A stretch of 64,000 bases of DNA, taken from Planctomycetota bacterium. Its GTDB lineage: Bacteria > Planctomycetota > PLA2 > JAEUHO01. The stretch spans positions 32,001 to 96,000 of the forward strand of contig CBDCWP010000042.1 in assembly GCA_965223505.1 (NCBI GenBank), read 5' to 3'. Within the stretch, counting starts at the first letter, position 1; each line of letters opens with the position of its first letter. Made by a program: the position numbers and the translations under genes. Below are positions 19,513 through 30,035 of this stretch, in pieces. The notes beneath the pieces were generated by a model. It saw only the letters and a program-made list of their open reading frames with translations, had not been told where the DNA came from and searched no databases.

Positions 19513-20959
19513 CTAGAAACCGCGATACGCCACCTGCAAGGCGAGCAGCACGAGCGCCGTGTCGCCGACCTTCTCGCTCGTCTTGGCCTGGCCGTTGGGC
19601 AGCAGGCGCCCGATCAGCGCGTCCGTCGTGTCGTCCATCCAGCTACGCAGACGCGGTTTCGCCGCGCCTCGCTCGAGGTAGCGCAATGCGGAGCCGCGCG
19701 CCAGCTCGCCACCGACCGTCCCGTCCGACGCCTCGTCCGACGCGCTCGCGACCCAGGAGCCGAACCGCGCGCTCTCCTTGGCCGTCGCCTCGATCACCCC
19801 CGTGCGTGCCGCGGCGTCCAGCGCCCACGCGGCCCACACGTGCTCGGTCGCCGCGGCGTCGCGGTCGCGGATGTGTCGCGTCAGCGCCTCGATCTCGCGG
19901 GCGCGGTCCTCGGCCTCCGCTGCCGGCAGGCGTCCGTAGCTGAGCGTGTAGTCCTCGGACAGTGCGATGAGCGCAACGTCCACGCTATCGGCGTCGAGAC
20001 TCGTGCGCACGGCGCCGTCGCTCGCGAACGCATTCTGCCGCAGCCATCCGATGCCGCTGCGAACGACACGCTTGCTGGACGCGTCACCGCGGTCTTGCGA
20101 GCTCGTCCCTTCGCCCAGGAACGGCAGGAGCGCGCGCGCCGTCTGCTCGACCTCCGAACGGCCGCCCTCGGAAGCGAAGTGGCCGTCGGGCCGCTGGCGC
20201 GTGGCCAGGTACGCCAGTCCGCGGCGCACCGCGTCCAGCGTGCTCTCCGAGTCGCGACCGAGGCCGGCGAGGCGTCGCCGCTTGAACGACTCGGCCTTCA
20301 CCAGGATCGCGCGGCTGCGCGGGTGATGTACGAGGCCGCCGGCATCCGGCAGATCGAGATCGGCGACGGTCGGCCCGCCGCTCACGGCCGGCTCACCGTC
20401 GTCGAAGAGCCCTTCCTCCAGCAAGCGCGCGAACTCGCTCGGCTCCTCCATCTGCAATCGCTGCAGACGCTGCTCGGGGGCTGTCCCACGGCAGATCGGA
20501 GATCGGGCTGTAGTCCGTCATGAACGAACGCGAGCGCGCGATATCGCCCTCGTCGGCGTCCGGCATGGTGTAGATGATGAAACCCAACGCGAGCGCGTTG
20601 ATCGCCAAGGACGTCATGATGGCCGCACGCCAGCTCAGGCGCCGTGAGCGGACCGTCCGGCCGGACGCCGCGCGCGCGGCGCGGGCTTCGCTCGCCTTCA
20701 CGTGATCGATGATCCGGGCCGCGATCCGCGTCGCGTGCTCCGCGTCGCGGCGCACGCCGCGCGCCTGCTCGAACGCGAACAGCGCCCCGAGGCGGTCGTG
20801 CGCGGCGGCCAGCGCCGGCTCCGCGGCGATGCGCTCGCGCACGCTCCGGGCCGCGTCCGCGTCCAGCTCCCCGCGGAGGAGGTCGACCAGGAGCGCCTCG
20901 TCGGCGTCCGGCAGCTCGCCCGCGGGTCGGGCGCCTCGGTTCGGGTCGTCGCGGGTCAT
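19513..20959 (-). pseudogene. Membrane-anchored anti-sigma factor with C-terminal prenyltransferase/squalene-cyclase-like repeat domain, split by a 1-bp frameshift (real lesion or sequencing error)
   Basis: ORF 20393..20959 (anti-sigma-like N-terminus plus TM) and ORF 19513..20457 (AVRRGLAYLATRQRPDGHF) join into one frame (WDSP-EQRLQRLQMEE) if one G is removed from the G5 run at 20476-20480. Confidence 0.7.
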
Positions 20960-21029
20960 CGGGAGAGGCCTGTTTCTCGGGGGTTGGGACGGAATTGGAC
21001 GGCTTGCCTACTCAAGGAACGAGAGGGGG

Positions 21030-21614
21030 TCATTGCGGTTCGATTCCTTCCCGTTCCAGGGCCCGCCGCACCTGGCGCACGGCGGCGTGCATACGGGACT
21101 TCACGGTCCCCACGGGGATGTCCAAGATGCGCCCGATCTCCTGGTAGCGGAGTCCCTCGACCTGCGAGAGGACGAACACCTCCCGGTGCTCGGCGCCCAG
21201 CGCCTCCACCGCGCGCTCGAGCGCCGCGGTGATCTCCTGCCCGCGAAGGGTCTCTTCGGGCGCCGCGTCGGGACCGGGCAGATCGCCCGCCCCGCGCCGA
21301 TCGCCGTCGTCGCCGCCCCGATCCACGGGCACGGTCGGCGGCTGCGCCTTGCGATGCCGGTAGACGTCGATCCAGTGATTGCGCGCGATGTGGAACAGGT
21401 ACGTGGTGAACTTCGCCCGCGCGACGTAGGACGCACGGGCCTTGTACACCTTTACGAAGACCTCCTGCGCACAGTCTTCCGCGAGGGTGGGATCGGCGCC
21501 CATGCGGCGAAAGTAGCCCTCGAGCCGCGGCAGAATGCGCACGACGAGCGTCTCGTAGGCGGCATCGTCTCCGGCCGCCACGCGCAACATGAGTTCGGTT
21601 TCGTCGTCGGCCAA
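21030..21614 (-). CDS. ECF RNA polymerase sigma factor (sigma-70 family)
   Basis: AEDCAQEVFVKVY, FTTYLFHIARN, EGLRYQEIGRILDIPVGTVKSRM; TTG start inferred. Confidence 0.93.
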   Translation of the reverse strand: MADDETELMLRVAAGDDAAYETLVVRILPRLEGYFRRMGADPTLAEDCAQEVFVKVYKARASYVARAKFTTYLFHIARNHWIDVYRHRKAQPPTVPVDRGGDDGDRRGAGDLPGPDAAPEETLRGQEITAALERAVEALGAEHREVFVLSQVEGLRYQEIGRILDIPVGTVKSRMHAAVRQVRRALEREGIEPQ

Positions 21615-21709
21615 GGAGGCCCTCGAGTCGGAGGGTCGGAGACGTCCGGTCCGTCGAACGCCTTCCCGAGCATACGGGCGGGACGGCCGAAGTTCCTGGA
21701 ATCGGCCCG

Positions 21710-24700
21710 TCAGCGCGGCCGCGGACGCAGTGCGACGTCTGCCTCGGTGGTCGCGCCCGCGTCGATCGAGATCAGTACGCGCTCGACGTTGTAGGTGTCG
21801 CCGGCGTCGATGACGACCTCGTAGGTGTCGGGCTCGAGCTCCCCCACATCCAACACGCCCGTCTTCGGAAGGAAGCCCCACCGAGGATTCAACGTCAAGC
21901 GCGCGAGCGGCCGGCGGCGCGCGACGACCTCTTCCGTCCCGGCACGCAGGATGTCGATGCGTGCGCGCGTGACCGGGTCGCGGCCCGCGCCCGTCACGTA
22001 CAGCCGCAACGCCCCGGCGCGGCCCAGCGCGATCTCGAGCGGAAACGTCCCTCCCTCCGAGACGCGCACGCGTCGAAGCGTCGGACGGCCGTACCCGCGC
22101 GCCTCGACGCGGACGAAGACGTCCTGCGACGGTACGCCGGGAATCAGCAGCTTGCCGCGCGGTCCGGTCGAATAGGCATTGACGTGCAGCGGGACGCCGT
22201 AGTCGTCTTCGATCCAAACGCGCGCGCCGCTGACGCCGCGGCCCACCTCGTCGATCACTGCCAGGTCGATCTCGCCGCCGCGCCCGAGGACCACGGTGAC
22301 CTCTTGCGCCGCCGCGCCGACCTCGGCCTGGACGGACTCGAGCACGCCCGGCGGAAGTCCCGGCGCGGACACGTCGAGGGCGTACCACCCCGCCGGGAGG
22401 CCGGTCAGCCGGAAGCGGCCGCCGGGGTCGCTGCGCCCGCGCGCCACGACGGCGTCGTCGGACGGCAGCCCCTCCTCGTCGAGTGACCGCGCGAGCACCT
22501 CGGCGCCGGCGACCGCGTCGCCGAACGAGGTTTCGACGCGCCCCACGATCTGCGCCTCCCACGCCTCGAGATCCAGCACGACCCGATCGCCGTCGCCGAC
22601 GTAGACGTCGTGGTGAATGCGCGTCGAGCCGTCGCCGAGATACACGTGATACGAGCCCGGCAGGAGGTCGTCCCAACGGAAGGCGCCGCTCGCATCGCTG
22701 CGCGTCTGCATCCGTCGCATCGGTCCGTCGACCTCGACGCCGTCGGAGATCAGCTCGAGCAATGCGTCGGCCACGCGCTTGCCGCGCCGCTGCACGGTGC
22801 CTTCGACGGTCCCGCGCCCCTTGACCGCGAAGTCGACGGTGGCCGTCTCGTCTTCGATGACCTCGATCAGCGCCTCCGGCCGGTTGCCCATGCTGCGCCA
22901 GGTCTCGAGCGCCACGACGCACGCGCCCGGACGCACGTGCAGCAGCTCGAACGTCCCGTCGGCGCGCGTTCGCGTCTCGCGCGCCACCGCGGATTCCTCC
23001 AACCGGCGCAACGTGACGCGCGCACCGTCCATCGGACGACCGTCGGGCAGTACGGCCTTGCCGTTCACCGTTCCGCCGCGGCCGAGCACGAGCTCCGGCG
23101 TGACGAGGAACTCGTTCTCGACGACACGCACCTCCTGCATGTCCTCCGCGAACCCGTCGTCCGTCGCGTACACGCGCCACACGCCCGGCGCGACGTCTTC
23201 GAAGATGAACCCGCCGTCGGCGTCGGTGCTACGCACGTGCCGGTTGGTCGACGCCCCCGCCGGCATGTCTCCGGCGCCGTTGACGCGAACCAGCCGCACC
23301 TTCGCACCCAACACGGGAAGGTCGGCGGCATCCAGAACGGTCCCGGCGATGCGCGCGCCGACCGGAATCGGAAGCTCGATCTCGCGGACGTCCTCGTCGT
23401 GAATCAGCAACGAGAGCGCGCTGGAGTCGCGCAACCCTTGCACGGCGCGCAACCCGTACGGGCCCGGCGGCAACCCTTCGATGACGAACGCGGCGTCGGT
23501 GCTGCCGCCGGGCTTCGTATCGACCGCCAGCACCGACACCCAGCGATGGCGCTCGAGCCGCGGGTCGTAGCGGGGCGTCTCGACCTCGACGCGAACGGCG
23601 CCGCCGTCCGGGTCGATGCCCGTGACCGTCCCCTCGACCGCCAGCAAGGTGGGCAGCACGATCTCGACGTGCGTCTCGTCGCCCGGCATGACGCTGTCTC
23701 GGCGAGCGACGACGACGTCCGGACGCGAGGTCGGCGCCACCTCGATGTCGATGGCCACGGAACGCAGTGACGTCAGCTCGAACCGCCCGTCTTCATCGGT
23801 CTGCGCGCGCACGACGCCGCGGCCGTCGCGCGGCCGCGCCGCGACGTCGAACGTCGTCCCGCGCTTGCCGTCCGCCGTGAGCACCTGGCCGGTCACGGTG
23901 AGCGCCGGCGTGAGCGTGACGTCCCAGCGTTTGTGGGTCGCGGCGGCGGGCGCACTGAACGTGCGGGTCAACTCGATCCAGCCGTCGCCCCGAACGATGC
24001 AGGTCACGTCTTCCTCGGGCAGGTCGCGCATGGACGCCACGCCGTTCGTGTCCGTGAGCTCGGTGCGCCGGAGCGTCGCCCAGCCCTTGTGACCGCTCGA
24101 CGCCGCGTAGCGCGTCGGCAGTGCGTGCACGTGAACCCCCGACACGGGGCGGCCGCCGGAGTCCCGCGCGCGCACGACCAGCTCCCAGCCGGGGTTCATG
24201 CGAATCGGCGCCACGACGGTATCGCGCCGGCGCACGGCTTCGAACGGCTCCGAGGACGCCGGCGCGTACCCGCCGGCGGACGCGAGCACGCGGTACCCTT
24301 CGCCGGGTGAGACGCCGCGCAGGCGATACCGCCCGGACGCATCCGTCTTCACGGCGCGCACGACGGCGGCCTGCTCACCGTCGGGATCGTCGCTCGTCGC
24401 GTCGCGCACAAGTCGGACGTCGACACCGGCGAGCGGCTTCTTGTCCGCGTTCTCGACGACGCCGCGCACGTCGTAGCGGCGATACGCGAACCAAGGAGGA
24501 ATGCGAATCGGCTTGCGCAAGTTCAGCTCGATGCGCGGAGGCGCGGGATCGAACTCCCACTCCGCGCTCAGCAGCGCGATCTGGTAGATGCCCAGCGGGA
24601 GGTCCGAAGCGACGAACCGCCCCGTCTCGTCGCACGCGACCTCGCGCATCACGTCGGGCGCGCCCGGCAACGACTGAAAGCGGAGCGCGAGCCGCGACAC

Positions 24701-25348
24701 GCCGGCATCCCCGCCGCGGTCGGCGTCGAGCAGCCGGCCGCTGATCGACGCGCCGGTGGGCAGCTCCACATCCGGCGCCGGCGTCCCTGCGTCGACCTCG
24801 CCCAACGACTGGTACCGACCTTTCGCCCGCTTGAGCAACAGCTCCCAGCGACCTGCATGCAGCGAGTCGAAGCGATACGTGCCGCTCGCGCTGGTGCGCG
24901 TGCGGTGAACGAGGTCGGCATGCTCGTCGACCGGAACGGCGAGCACCTCGACGCGCGCGGCGGGCTCGCCGCGCGCGTATCGGATCCGCCCGGTGATCAC
25001 CTCCGCGAGAGAGAGGCGCACGGTCGCGCGATATGGATGCGCCGGAACGAGCACCGCCGCATGCCCGGGCGACCACACGACGAGCCGACCGGGCTGCGGC
25101 GTGCCGTCCCCGACGTCCTCCGCACGCCCGTCCGCCGGGGTCGTCGCGAGGGCCTCGAGATCGGCGGCGAAGACCGCGCGGTCACGCACCTTGTCGGTCG
25201 TGACGACGATCTGCGCGTTCGGAAACGGCCGTCCGTCGGGACCGAAAACCTGAATGCGCTGGGGTCGGACCGCTTCGTCCTCCGCGCCGGCGCGATGGGT
25301 ACAGACCAGCACGGCCAGGCACGCGACGAAAACGACGCTGCGGCGCAT
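21710..25348 (-). CDS. Large secreted protein with tandem carboxypeptidase-regulatory-like (Cna-B/transthyretin-like) repeats
   Basis: Signal MRRSVVFVACLAVL; repeated G.V.D..G.P..GA.V / TD..G.F...L.PG.Y units; ATG overlaps the tsaE stop (TGATG). Confidence 0.85.
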   Translation of the reverse strand: MRRSVVFVACLAVLVCTHRAGAEDEAVRPQRIQVFGPDGRPFPNAQIVVTTDKVRDRAVFAADLEALATTPADGRAEDVGDGTPQPGRLVVWSPGHAAVLVPAHPYRATVRLSLAEVITGRIRYARGEPAARVEVLAVPVDEHADLVHRTRTSASGTYRFDSLHAGRWELLLKRAKGRYQSLGEVDAGTPAPDVELPTGASISGRLLDADRGGDAGVSRLALRFQSLPGAPDVMREVACDETGRFVASDLPLGIYQIALLSAEWEFDPAPPRIELNLRKPIRIPPWFAYRRYDVRGVVENADKKPLAGVDVRLVRDATSDDPDGEQAAVVRAVKTDASGRYRLRGVSPGEGYRVLASAGGYAPASSEPFEAVRRRDTVVAPIRMNPGWELVVRARDSGGRPVSGVHVHALPTRYAASSGHKGWATLRRTELTDTNGVASMRDLPEEDVTCIVRGDGWIELTRTFSAPAAATHKRWDVTLTPALTVTGQVLTADGKRGTTFDVAARPRDGRGVVRAQTDEDGRFELTSLRSVAIDIEVAPTSRPDVVVARRDSVMPGDETHVEIVLPTLLAVEGTVTGIDPDGGAVRVEVETPRYDPRLERHRWVSVLAVDTKPGGSTDAAFVIEGLPPGPYGLRAVQGLRDSSALSLLIHDEDVREIELPIPVGARIAGTVLDAADLPVLGAKVRLVRVNGAGDMPAGASTNRHVRSTDADGGFIFEDVAPGVWRVYATDDGFAEDMQEVRVVENEFLVTPELVLGRGGTVNGKAVLPDGRPMDGARVTLRRLEESAVARETRTRADGTFELLHVRPGACVVALETWRSMGNRPEALIEVIEDETATVDFAVKGRGTVEGTVQRRGKRVADALLELISDGVEVDGPMRRMQTRSDASGAFRWDDLLPGSYHVYLGDGSTRIHHDVYVGDGDRVVLDLEAWEAQIVGRVETSFGDAVAGAEVLARSLDEEGLPSDDAVVARGRSDPGGRFRLTGLPAGWYALDVSAPGLPPGVLESVQAEVGAAAQEVTVVLGRGGEIDLAVIDEVGRGVSGARVWIEDDYGVPLHVNAYSTGPRGKLLIPGVPSQDVFVRVEARGYGRPTLRRVRVSEGGTFPLEIALGRAGALRLYVTGAGRDPVTRARIDILRAGTEEVVARRRPLARLTLNPRWGFLPKTGVLDVGELEPDTYEVVIDAGDTYNVERVLISIDAGATTEADVALRPRPR

Positions 25349-25917
25349 CAATCGAACACTCCCTGCGTCGCGGCCTCGAGCTTGCGCAGGACGGCACGCG
25401 CGTTCGGGCCGCGCGCCGTCAAGCGCACGGTGCGGCCGCACTCGGGGATCGCGCCGGGTTCCGGGGGCGGCGCCCCGTCCGCATCGTCCATCGCCAACGT
25501 GACCTCCAGCCGGTCGTCGGGGAGCGCGGCCGGCACGCGCTCACCCCATTCGACGCACGTCAGGCACCCTTTCCCGCACATCTCTTCGAAACCGGCCGCG
25601 TCGAGGTCCTCGGCCCCCTCGAGCCGATAGGCGTCTACGTGGTGGAGCTCGATCTGGGCGCCGGGCACCGGATACGAGCGCGCGATCGTGAACGTCGGGC
25701 TCACGATCGCCGTCTCCGCGGGAATGCCGATCCCGCGCGCGAGGCCGCGGACGAAGACGGTCTTGCCGACGCCCAGATCACCCGAGAGGCAGAGCACGAG
25801 GCCCGCGTCCGGCAGCGGCAGGCACGCCGCGCCCACGCAGCGTCCGAGCGCGAGCGTGTCCTCGGTCGTCGCGGTGCGAAGCGACAGCACGGGTTCGGTC
25901 TGGGTCACTTGACCCAC
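25348..25917 (-). CDS. tsaE: tRNA threonylcarbamoyladenosine biosynthesis ATPase TsaE
   Basis: LSGDLGVGKT, VSPTFTI, HVDAYRL, VEWG. Confidence 0.95.
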   Translation of the reverse strand: MGQVTQTEPVLSLRTATTEDTLALGRCVGAACLPLPDAGLVLCLSGDLGVGKTVFVRGLARGIGIPAETAIVSPTFTIARSYPVPGAQIELHHVDAYRLEGAEDLDAAGFEEMCGKGCLTCVEWGERVPAALPDDRLEVTLAMDDADGAPPPEPGAIPECGRTVRLTARGPNARAVLRKLEAATQGVFD

Positions 25918-25918
25918 T

Positions 25919-26845
25919 CTACGCCTCGAAGTGGTCGTATCCGAGCGCGGGGAGCGGTTCCGTCCCGCTCGCGCGCCGAAGCGAGATCCGAGGCGCTTTC
26001 GTCACGCGCCCGATCGCGTGCAGGGGGACACCGCGATCGGCAAGCGCGTCGAGCGCGCCGGCGTCGAGGTCGTCGTGCGCGAGCAACAGCTCGAAGTCCT
26101 CGCCGTCGTGCAGGGCGTGCCAAAGCGGTTCGTGCTCGTCGTCCCGGACATCGGGATGGATCGGCACGGCCTCGGCATCGATGACGGCGCCCACCCCGGA
26201 CATGGCGCACAAACGGGGCACGTCGCGGCTCAGGCCGTCCGAGAGGTCCATCATCGCCGACGCGATCTCCTCGTCGGCAAGCACCTTGCCTTCCGCAACG
26301 CGCGGGTGGAAACGCAGGTGACGCCCGAAGATCGACCCACCGAGCGGTCCGGTGACGCTCAGCACCTGGCCGGGCTTCGCGCCCGCCCGGCCCACGACGC
26401 CGCCCGGTCCGGGCCGGCCGAACGCGGTGACCGACAGGACGAGCGGACCGCGCGCGACGTTCGTGTCGCCGCCGACGCACGGGCAGTCGAACTCCTTCGC
26501 GGCTCGGTCGAAGCCCGACATGAGCGCGTCGAACAGGTCCTCCGACGCCGGGCGCGGCATGACCCCGCCGACCAGGAAGCCCATCGGCGTCGCGCCGGCG
26601 GCGGCCAGGTCCGACAGGTTCACCGCCAGTGCCTTTCGGGCGGCCATCGCCGCGCCGCACCCGTCGAGCTCGAAGTGAACGCCGTCGACGAGCACGTCGT
26701 TGGTGAGCACCACCGTCTCGCTCCCGACGTCGATCGCGGCCGTGTCGTGACCGAGATCGAGCAGCACGTGGGACCGGTCGGGTCCGCTGCCGAATCGCGC
26801 GAGCGCTTCGGCGAGCAGCGCGTCTTCGCCGCGGCCGGGGCTCAT
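25919..26845 (-). CDS. thiL: Thiamine-monophosphate kinase
   Basis: DVLVDGVHF, AVNLSDLAAAGA, GGDT, MDLSDGL, GEDFELL. Confidence 0.95.
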   Translation of the reverse strand: MSPGRGEDALLAEALARFGSGPDRSHVLLDLGHDTAAIDVGSETVVLTNDVLVDGVHFELDGCGAAMAARKALAVNLSDLAAAGATPMGFLVGGVMPRPASEDLFDALMSGFDRAAKEFDCPCVGGDTNVARGPLVLSVTAFGRPGPGGVVGRAGAKPGQVLSVTGPLGGSIFGRHLRFHPRVAEGKVLADEEIASAMMDLSDGLSRDVPRLCAMSGVGAVIDAEAVPIHPDVRDDEHEPLWHALHDGEDFELLLAHDDLDAGALDALADRGVPLHAIGRVTKAPRISLRRASGTEPLPALGYDHFEA

Positions 26846-29379
26846 CGAACGTCCCGCGCGACGGTCTTGCCGTGGTCACTTCGCTTCTTGGCGTCGATCC
26901 ACAGCTGCGCCGCGCGCACCATCGCCCGCAGCTCCGAGCGCGGCATCTCGGGGTAGTAGCCGAGATCGGTCTCGCTGATGCGTTGGAAGATCAACACCCA
27001 TCGAACGACGACCTCGGAGCGCGGCTGCCGCACCTGCGACGCGCGGCGCAGTGCACGGGTCACGGCCTCCGCCACAGGAATCGCCGGCAGGGAGGTCAGA
27101 CGGTTGGCGATCACGTCACGCACGCGGACGTCGCGGTCCTTCTGGGTCGCAACCAGCGCGTCGAGCACCACTGGATCCCGGGGACCCACCTGCGCGAGCG
27201 CCTGCGCCGCGGCGAGTCGAACGCCCGCATCTTGCTCGGTCCGAAGCACCGTCATGAGCCGATCCTGGGCGCGGCGCCCCGACGCGCGGGCAACGGCGAA
27301 GCAGGCGGCCTGCCGAACGACGCCTTGGGGATCGTCCAGCCCCCGCGCCGCCAGCGCCTCGTGGCCGAACCGCCCCGCGACGAGCACGCCCTCCTTGCGA
27401 AGCAGCGACGCCGGATCGCGAATCACCCGCCCGAGCACCTCGGGGGTCACCTGCCCGTCTGCGACGAGCCGGTCGAAGGCCGCCCGGCGCACGCCGTACG
27501 CCCCGGATCGGATGTCGCGCAAGAAGCCGGGATTGGTGTTCAGCCACTGCGGGGCGATCGCGAACGCCGTCGCGCGCCAATGCGCCTTGGCCTGCGCATC
27601 ACCGACGGCGTCGGGAAGCGACGTCGCGAAAACGAAGCGCAGCTGCCCCAACGCGAGCGAGGCCGCCAACGCGTCGAGATCCCAACGCACGAACACCTCG
27701 GACGCGTCGCGCCACGTTTTCGAGAGGACCGCGCCGGTGCGTTTCGCGCCGCCGGTCTCGGCGATGAGCTTCACCGACCGGTGCCGCTCGGGCCCTCGCT
27801 CGGGCGGCAGCCGCTCGACGAGAATGTCGAACGCCGCGCGGCCCCCTTCGCGCACGTCCCGCGCGTTCTCCTCGGACGGATCCTCCAACCACGCGTCGAC
27901 GCGCAGCGCATTCGCGGCCCGGGCGGCCGCGGTGGACTCGGCCTGCGCGTCGTCGACGGCCGCCACGATGGACACGAGCTCGGGCGCCCGCGCTCGCTTG
28001 CCGAGCCGCTCGAGAAACCGAGCGGCCGCCCCGGGCCGGTGGTCCAGCAGCAGCAGGCGGATGTAGCGCTCCGTCGTCATCAGATCGAGCGCGTCGGCCC
28101 CGTCGCGCTCGATGCGCGCGCGCGTCATTCGCAACCAAGCGAGCGGATCCTCGTCGAAGCCGAGCAGAGGGTTGCGTGCGCGCAGCTGTCGTCGCGCGTC
28201 GCTCGCGGGGTAGTCGACGTCGAGCCGTCGCGTCCACTCGTGCGCGACGTTGGAGTCTCCGCCCGGGCGCGCCTCGGCCTGAATGCGCAACGCGATCGCC
28301 GCTGCCGGGTCGCGCAGGCGCCCGAGCTCTTCCTCCGGGAGGAAGCGCAACAAGGCGCGCGCCGCGTTCCAATCGCCTTCGTCCACCGCGCCGCGCGCGT
28401 TGAGCACCGTGACCTCGGCCTGGATCGACGGCGGCAGCGGCTCGGGCAACGACGCCAACATGCCCGCCCGTCCCGTATCCGCGAGCGCCTGCTCCGCGTC
28501 GAGCAGCGCGCGCCAGGGTCGCGCATCGAGCGGGAGGAAGCGTTCGCGCAGGGCCTCCCGGGCGGGACCGACCCAGGACGCGTCGGGCTCCTTGATGAGG
28601 CGCCGCAGAATCCAGTCGGGATCGTCGCCCTCGGCGGCGAAGGCGAGCAGCCGCGCCGCGTCGCCGGGTCGCCCGCGCGACGCGAGCAGCAACAGCACCG
28701 CGACGCCGGTGGCTTCGGCGGCCGCGGGCTCGTCGGCGGATACGATCGACGCCGTTCGGTCACCCAGCGAGCCGCGGCGATGAAGGCGCTCGATCCGCGC
28801 GTCGGTGTCGCTGACCGCCAGGGCGGCGGCGAGCGACGTCACCCACGCGGGCACGGGCTGATGACGCCATGCCGTCACCTCGAACACGCCGGCCGTCAGC
28901 GCGTCGATCAGCGTGACGTACGGCGTGCGCGTGCCCGCGACCAACGTGCGCGCGTTGACGGTGATCACGGGCCGCCGCAGCCCGTCGACGACCTCCGGCT
29001 TGATCTCGAACGGGCGGCGCTCGTCCGCGAGCGCGGCGAGCACGACCTTCGGCTGCGGCCCGTCGCCGAATCCGAGACCGGTCCGCTCGGCCATGCGTGT
29101 GAACGCCTCGCGCACGCGTACGTCCCATTGCGCCGCCAACACGTCGAAGCGCTCGTCGCCCAGGTACGGACCGGCGATCACGTTCGTCTCGACGCCGCCG
29201 AGCGCGCGCCTCGCCATGCGCGCGAGCGCGCTGTCGCCGCCCTCGGCTTCACCGTTGGGATCACCGGTGGCCGCGTCCGTGGCACCGGCCCCATCCGGCG
29301 CAGGCACCCCGCCCTGGCAGCCCGCCAACCCAACGGTCGTTAGGGTCAGGAAGACGGCGAGGGCGCAACGGACGCACAT
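26842..29379 (-). CDS. Lipoprotein with C-terminal HEAT repeats
   Basis: Lipobox LAGC; HEAT repeats (DPQGVVRQAAC, DAGVRLAAAQALA); stop overlaps the thiL start. Confidence 0.7.
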   Translation of the reverse strand: MCVRCALAVFLTLTTVGLAGCQGGVPAPDGAGATDAATGDPNGEAEGGDSALARMARRALGGVETNVIAGPYLGDERFDVLAAQWDVRVREAFTRMAERTGLGFGDGPQPKVVLAALADERRPFEIKPEVVDGLRRPVITVNARTLVAGTRTPYVTLIDALTAGVFEVTAWRHQPVPAWVTSLAAALAVSDTDARIERLHRRGSLGDRTASIVSADEPAAAEATGVAVLLLLASRGRPGDAARLLAFAAEGDDPDWILRRLIKEPDASWVGPAREALRERFLPLDARPWRALLDAEQALADTGRAGMLASLPEPLPPSIQAEVTVLNARGAVDEGDWNAARALLRFLPEEELGRLRDPAAAIALRIQAEARPGGDSNVAHEWTRRLDVDYPASDARRQLRARNPLLGFDEDPLAWLRMTRARIERDGADALDLMTTERYIRLLLLDHRPGAAARFLERLGKRARAPELVSIVAAVDDAQAESTAAARAANALRVDAWLEDPSEENARDVREGGRAAFDILVERLPPERGPERHRSVKLIAETGGAKRTGAVLSKTWRDASEVFVRWDLDALAASLALGQLRFVFATSLPDAVGDAQAKAHWRATAFAIAPQWLNTNPGFLRDIRSGAYGVRRAAFDRLVADGQVTPEVLGRVIRDPASLLRKEGVLVAGRFGHEALAARGLDDPQGVVRQAACFAVARASGRRAQDRLMTVLRTEQDAGVRLAAAQALAQVGPRDPVVLDALVATQKDRDVRVRDVIANRLTSLPAIPVAEAVTRALRRASQVRQPRSEVVVRWVLIFQRISETDLGYYPEMPRSELRAMVRAAQLWIDAKKRSDHGKTVARDVR

Positions 29380-29414
29380 GGTTCCAATTGTGCCCCGCCG
29401 GCTTCACAAGGGGG

Positions 29415-30035
29415 TCATACGGCGGGTGTGTGTTCGCGCAGCGCCCGTGCGGTCGCGACCGGGTCCGCCGCCTCGCGCAGGGCACGAATGACCGCCACGC
29501 CGTCGGCGCCCGCGCCCCGCACCGCCGCCGCGTTCGACGGGTCGATGCCGCCGAGCGCCACGACCGGAAGCTGCACCGTCCCGCGCAGCCGCTCGAATTG
29601 CGACACACCGATCGGCGCGCCTTTGCCCGGCACGTCGTAGACCGGTGAGAGCGTGACGTAGTCGGCGCCGGCGCGCTGGGCGCGACGAAGCTCGCGCTCG
29701 TCGTGGCAGCTGACCCCCATCCACCCCGGAAACCAGGACCGGACGCGGTCCGCGGGCGGCGAGTACGAGCCCAGGTGGACCCCGTCCGCGGCGACGGCGC
29801 ACGCAACATCGGCCCGCCCGCCCACCATCAGCCTGACGTCGTGAGCGTGACAACGATCGCGCAGTTGCTGCGCCACGCGGAAGAGTTGGGCGCCGTCGAG
29901 CGCGTGATCGCGCAACCAGACCGCGGTGACGCCCGCCTCGAGCACGTCGCGGATGTGGCGTTCGTCGGCGCCGGCGCGCTCGTCGACGATGTAGACCAGA
30001 TCGATCGCGCGCCGAACGGGGTCGGAGACGGTCAT
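29415..30035 (-). CDS. thiE: Thiamine-phosphate synthase (ThiE/TenI family)
   Basis: ADGVHLG, GVSCH, ADYVTLSPV, LPVVALGGID, GADGVAVI; start overlaps the dapB stop. Confidence 0.85.
   Translation of the reverse strand: MTVSDPVRRAIDLVYIVDERAGADERHIRDVLEAGVTAVWLRDHALDGAQLFRVAQQLRDRCHAHDVRLMVGGRADVACAVAADGVHLGSYSPPADRVRSWFPGWMGVSCHDERELRRAQRAGADYVTLSPVYDVPGKGAPIGVSQFERLRGTVQLPVVALGGIDPSNAAAVRGAGADGVAVIRALREAADPVATARALREHTPAV

Noticed and set aside
21615..23180. 716-aa sigma factor fusion
   Set aside because: The upstream portion is an alternate frame of the carboxypeptidase-repeat gene; sigma homology covers only the last ~195 codons.
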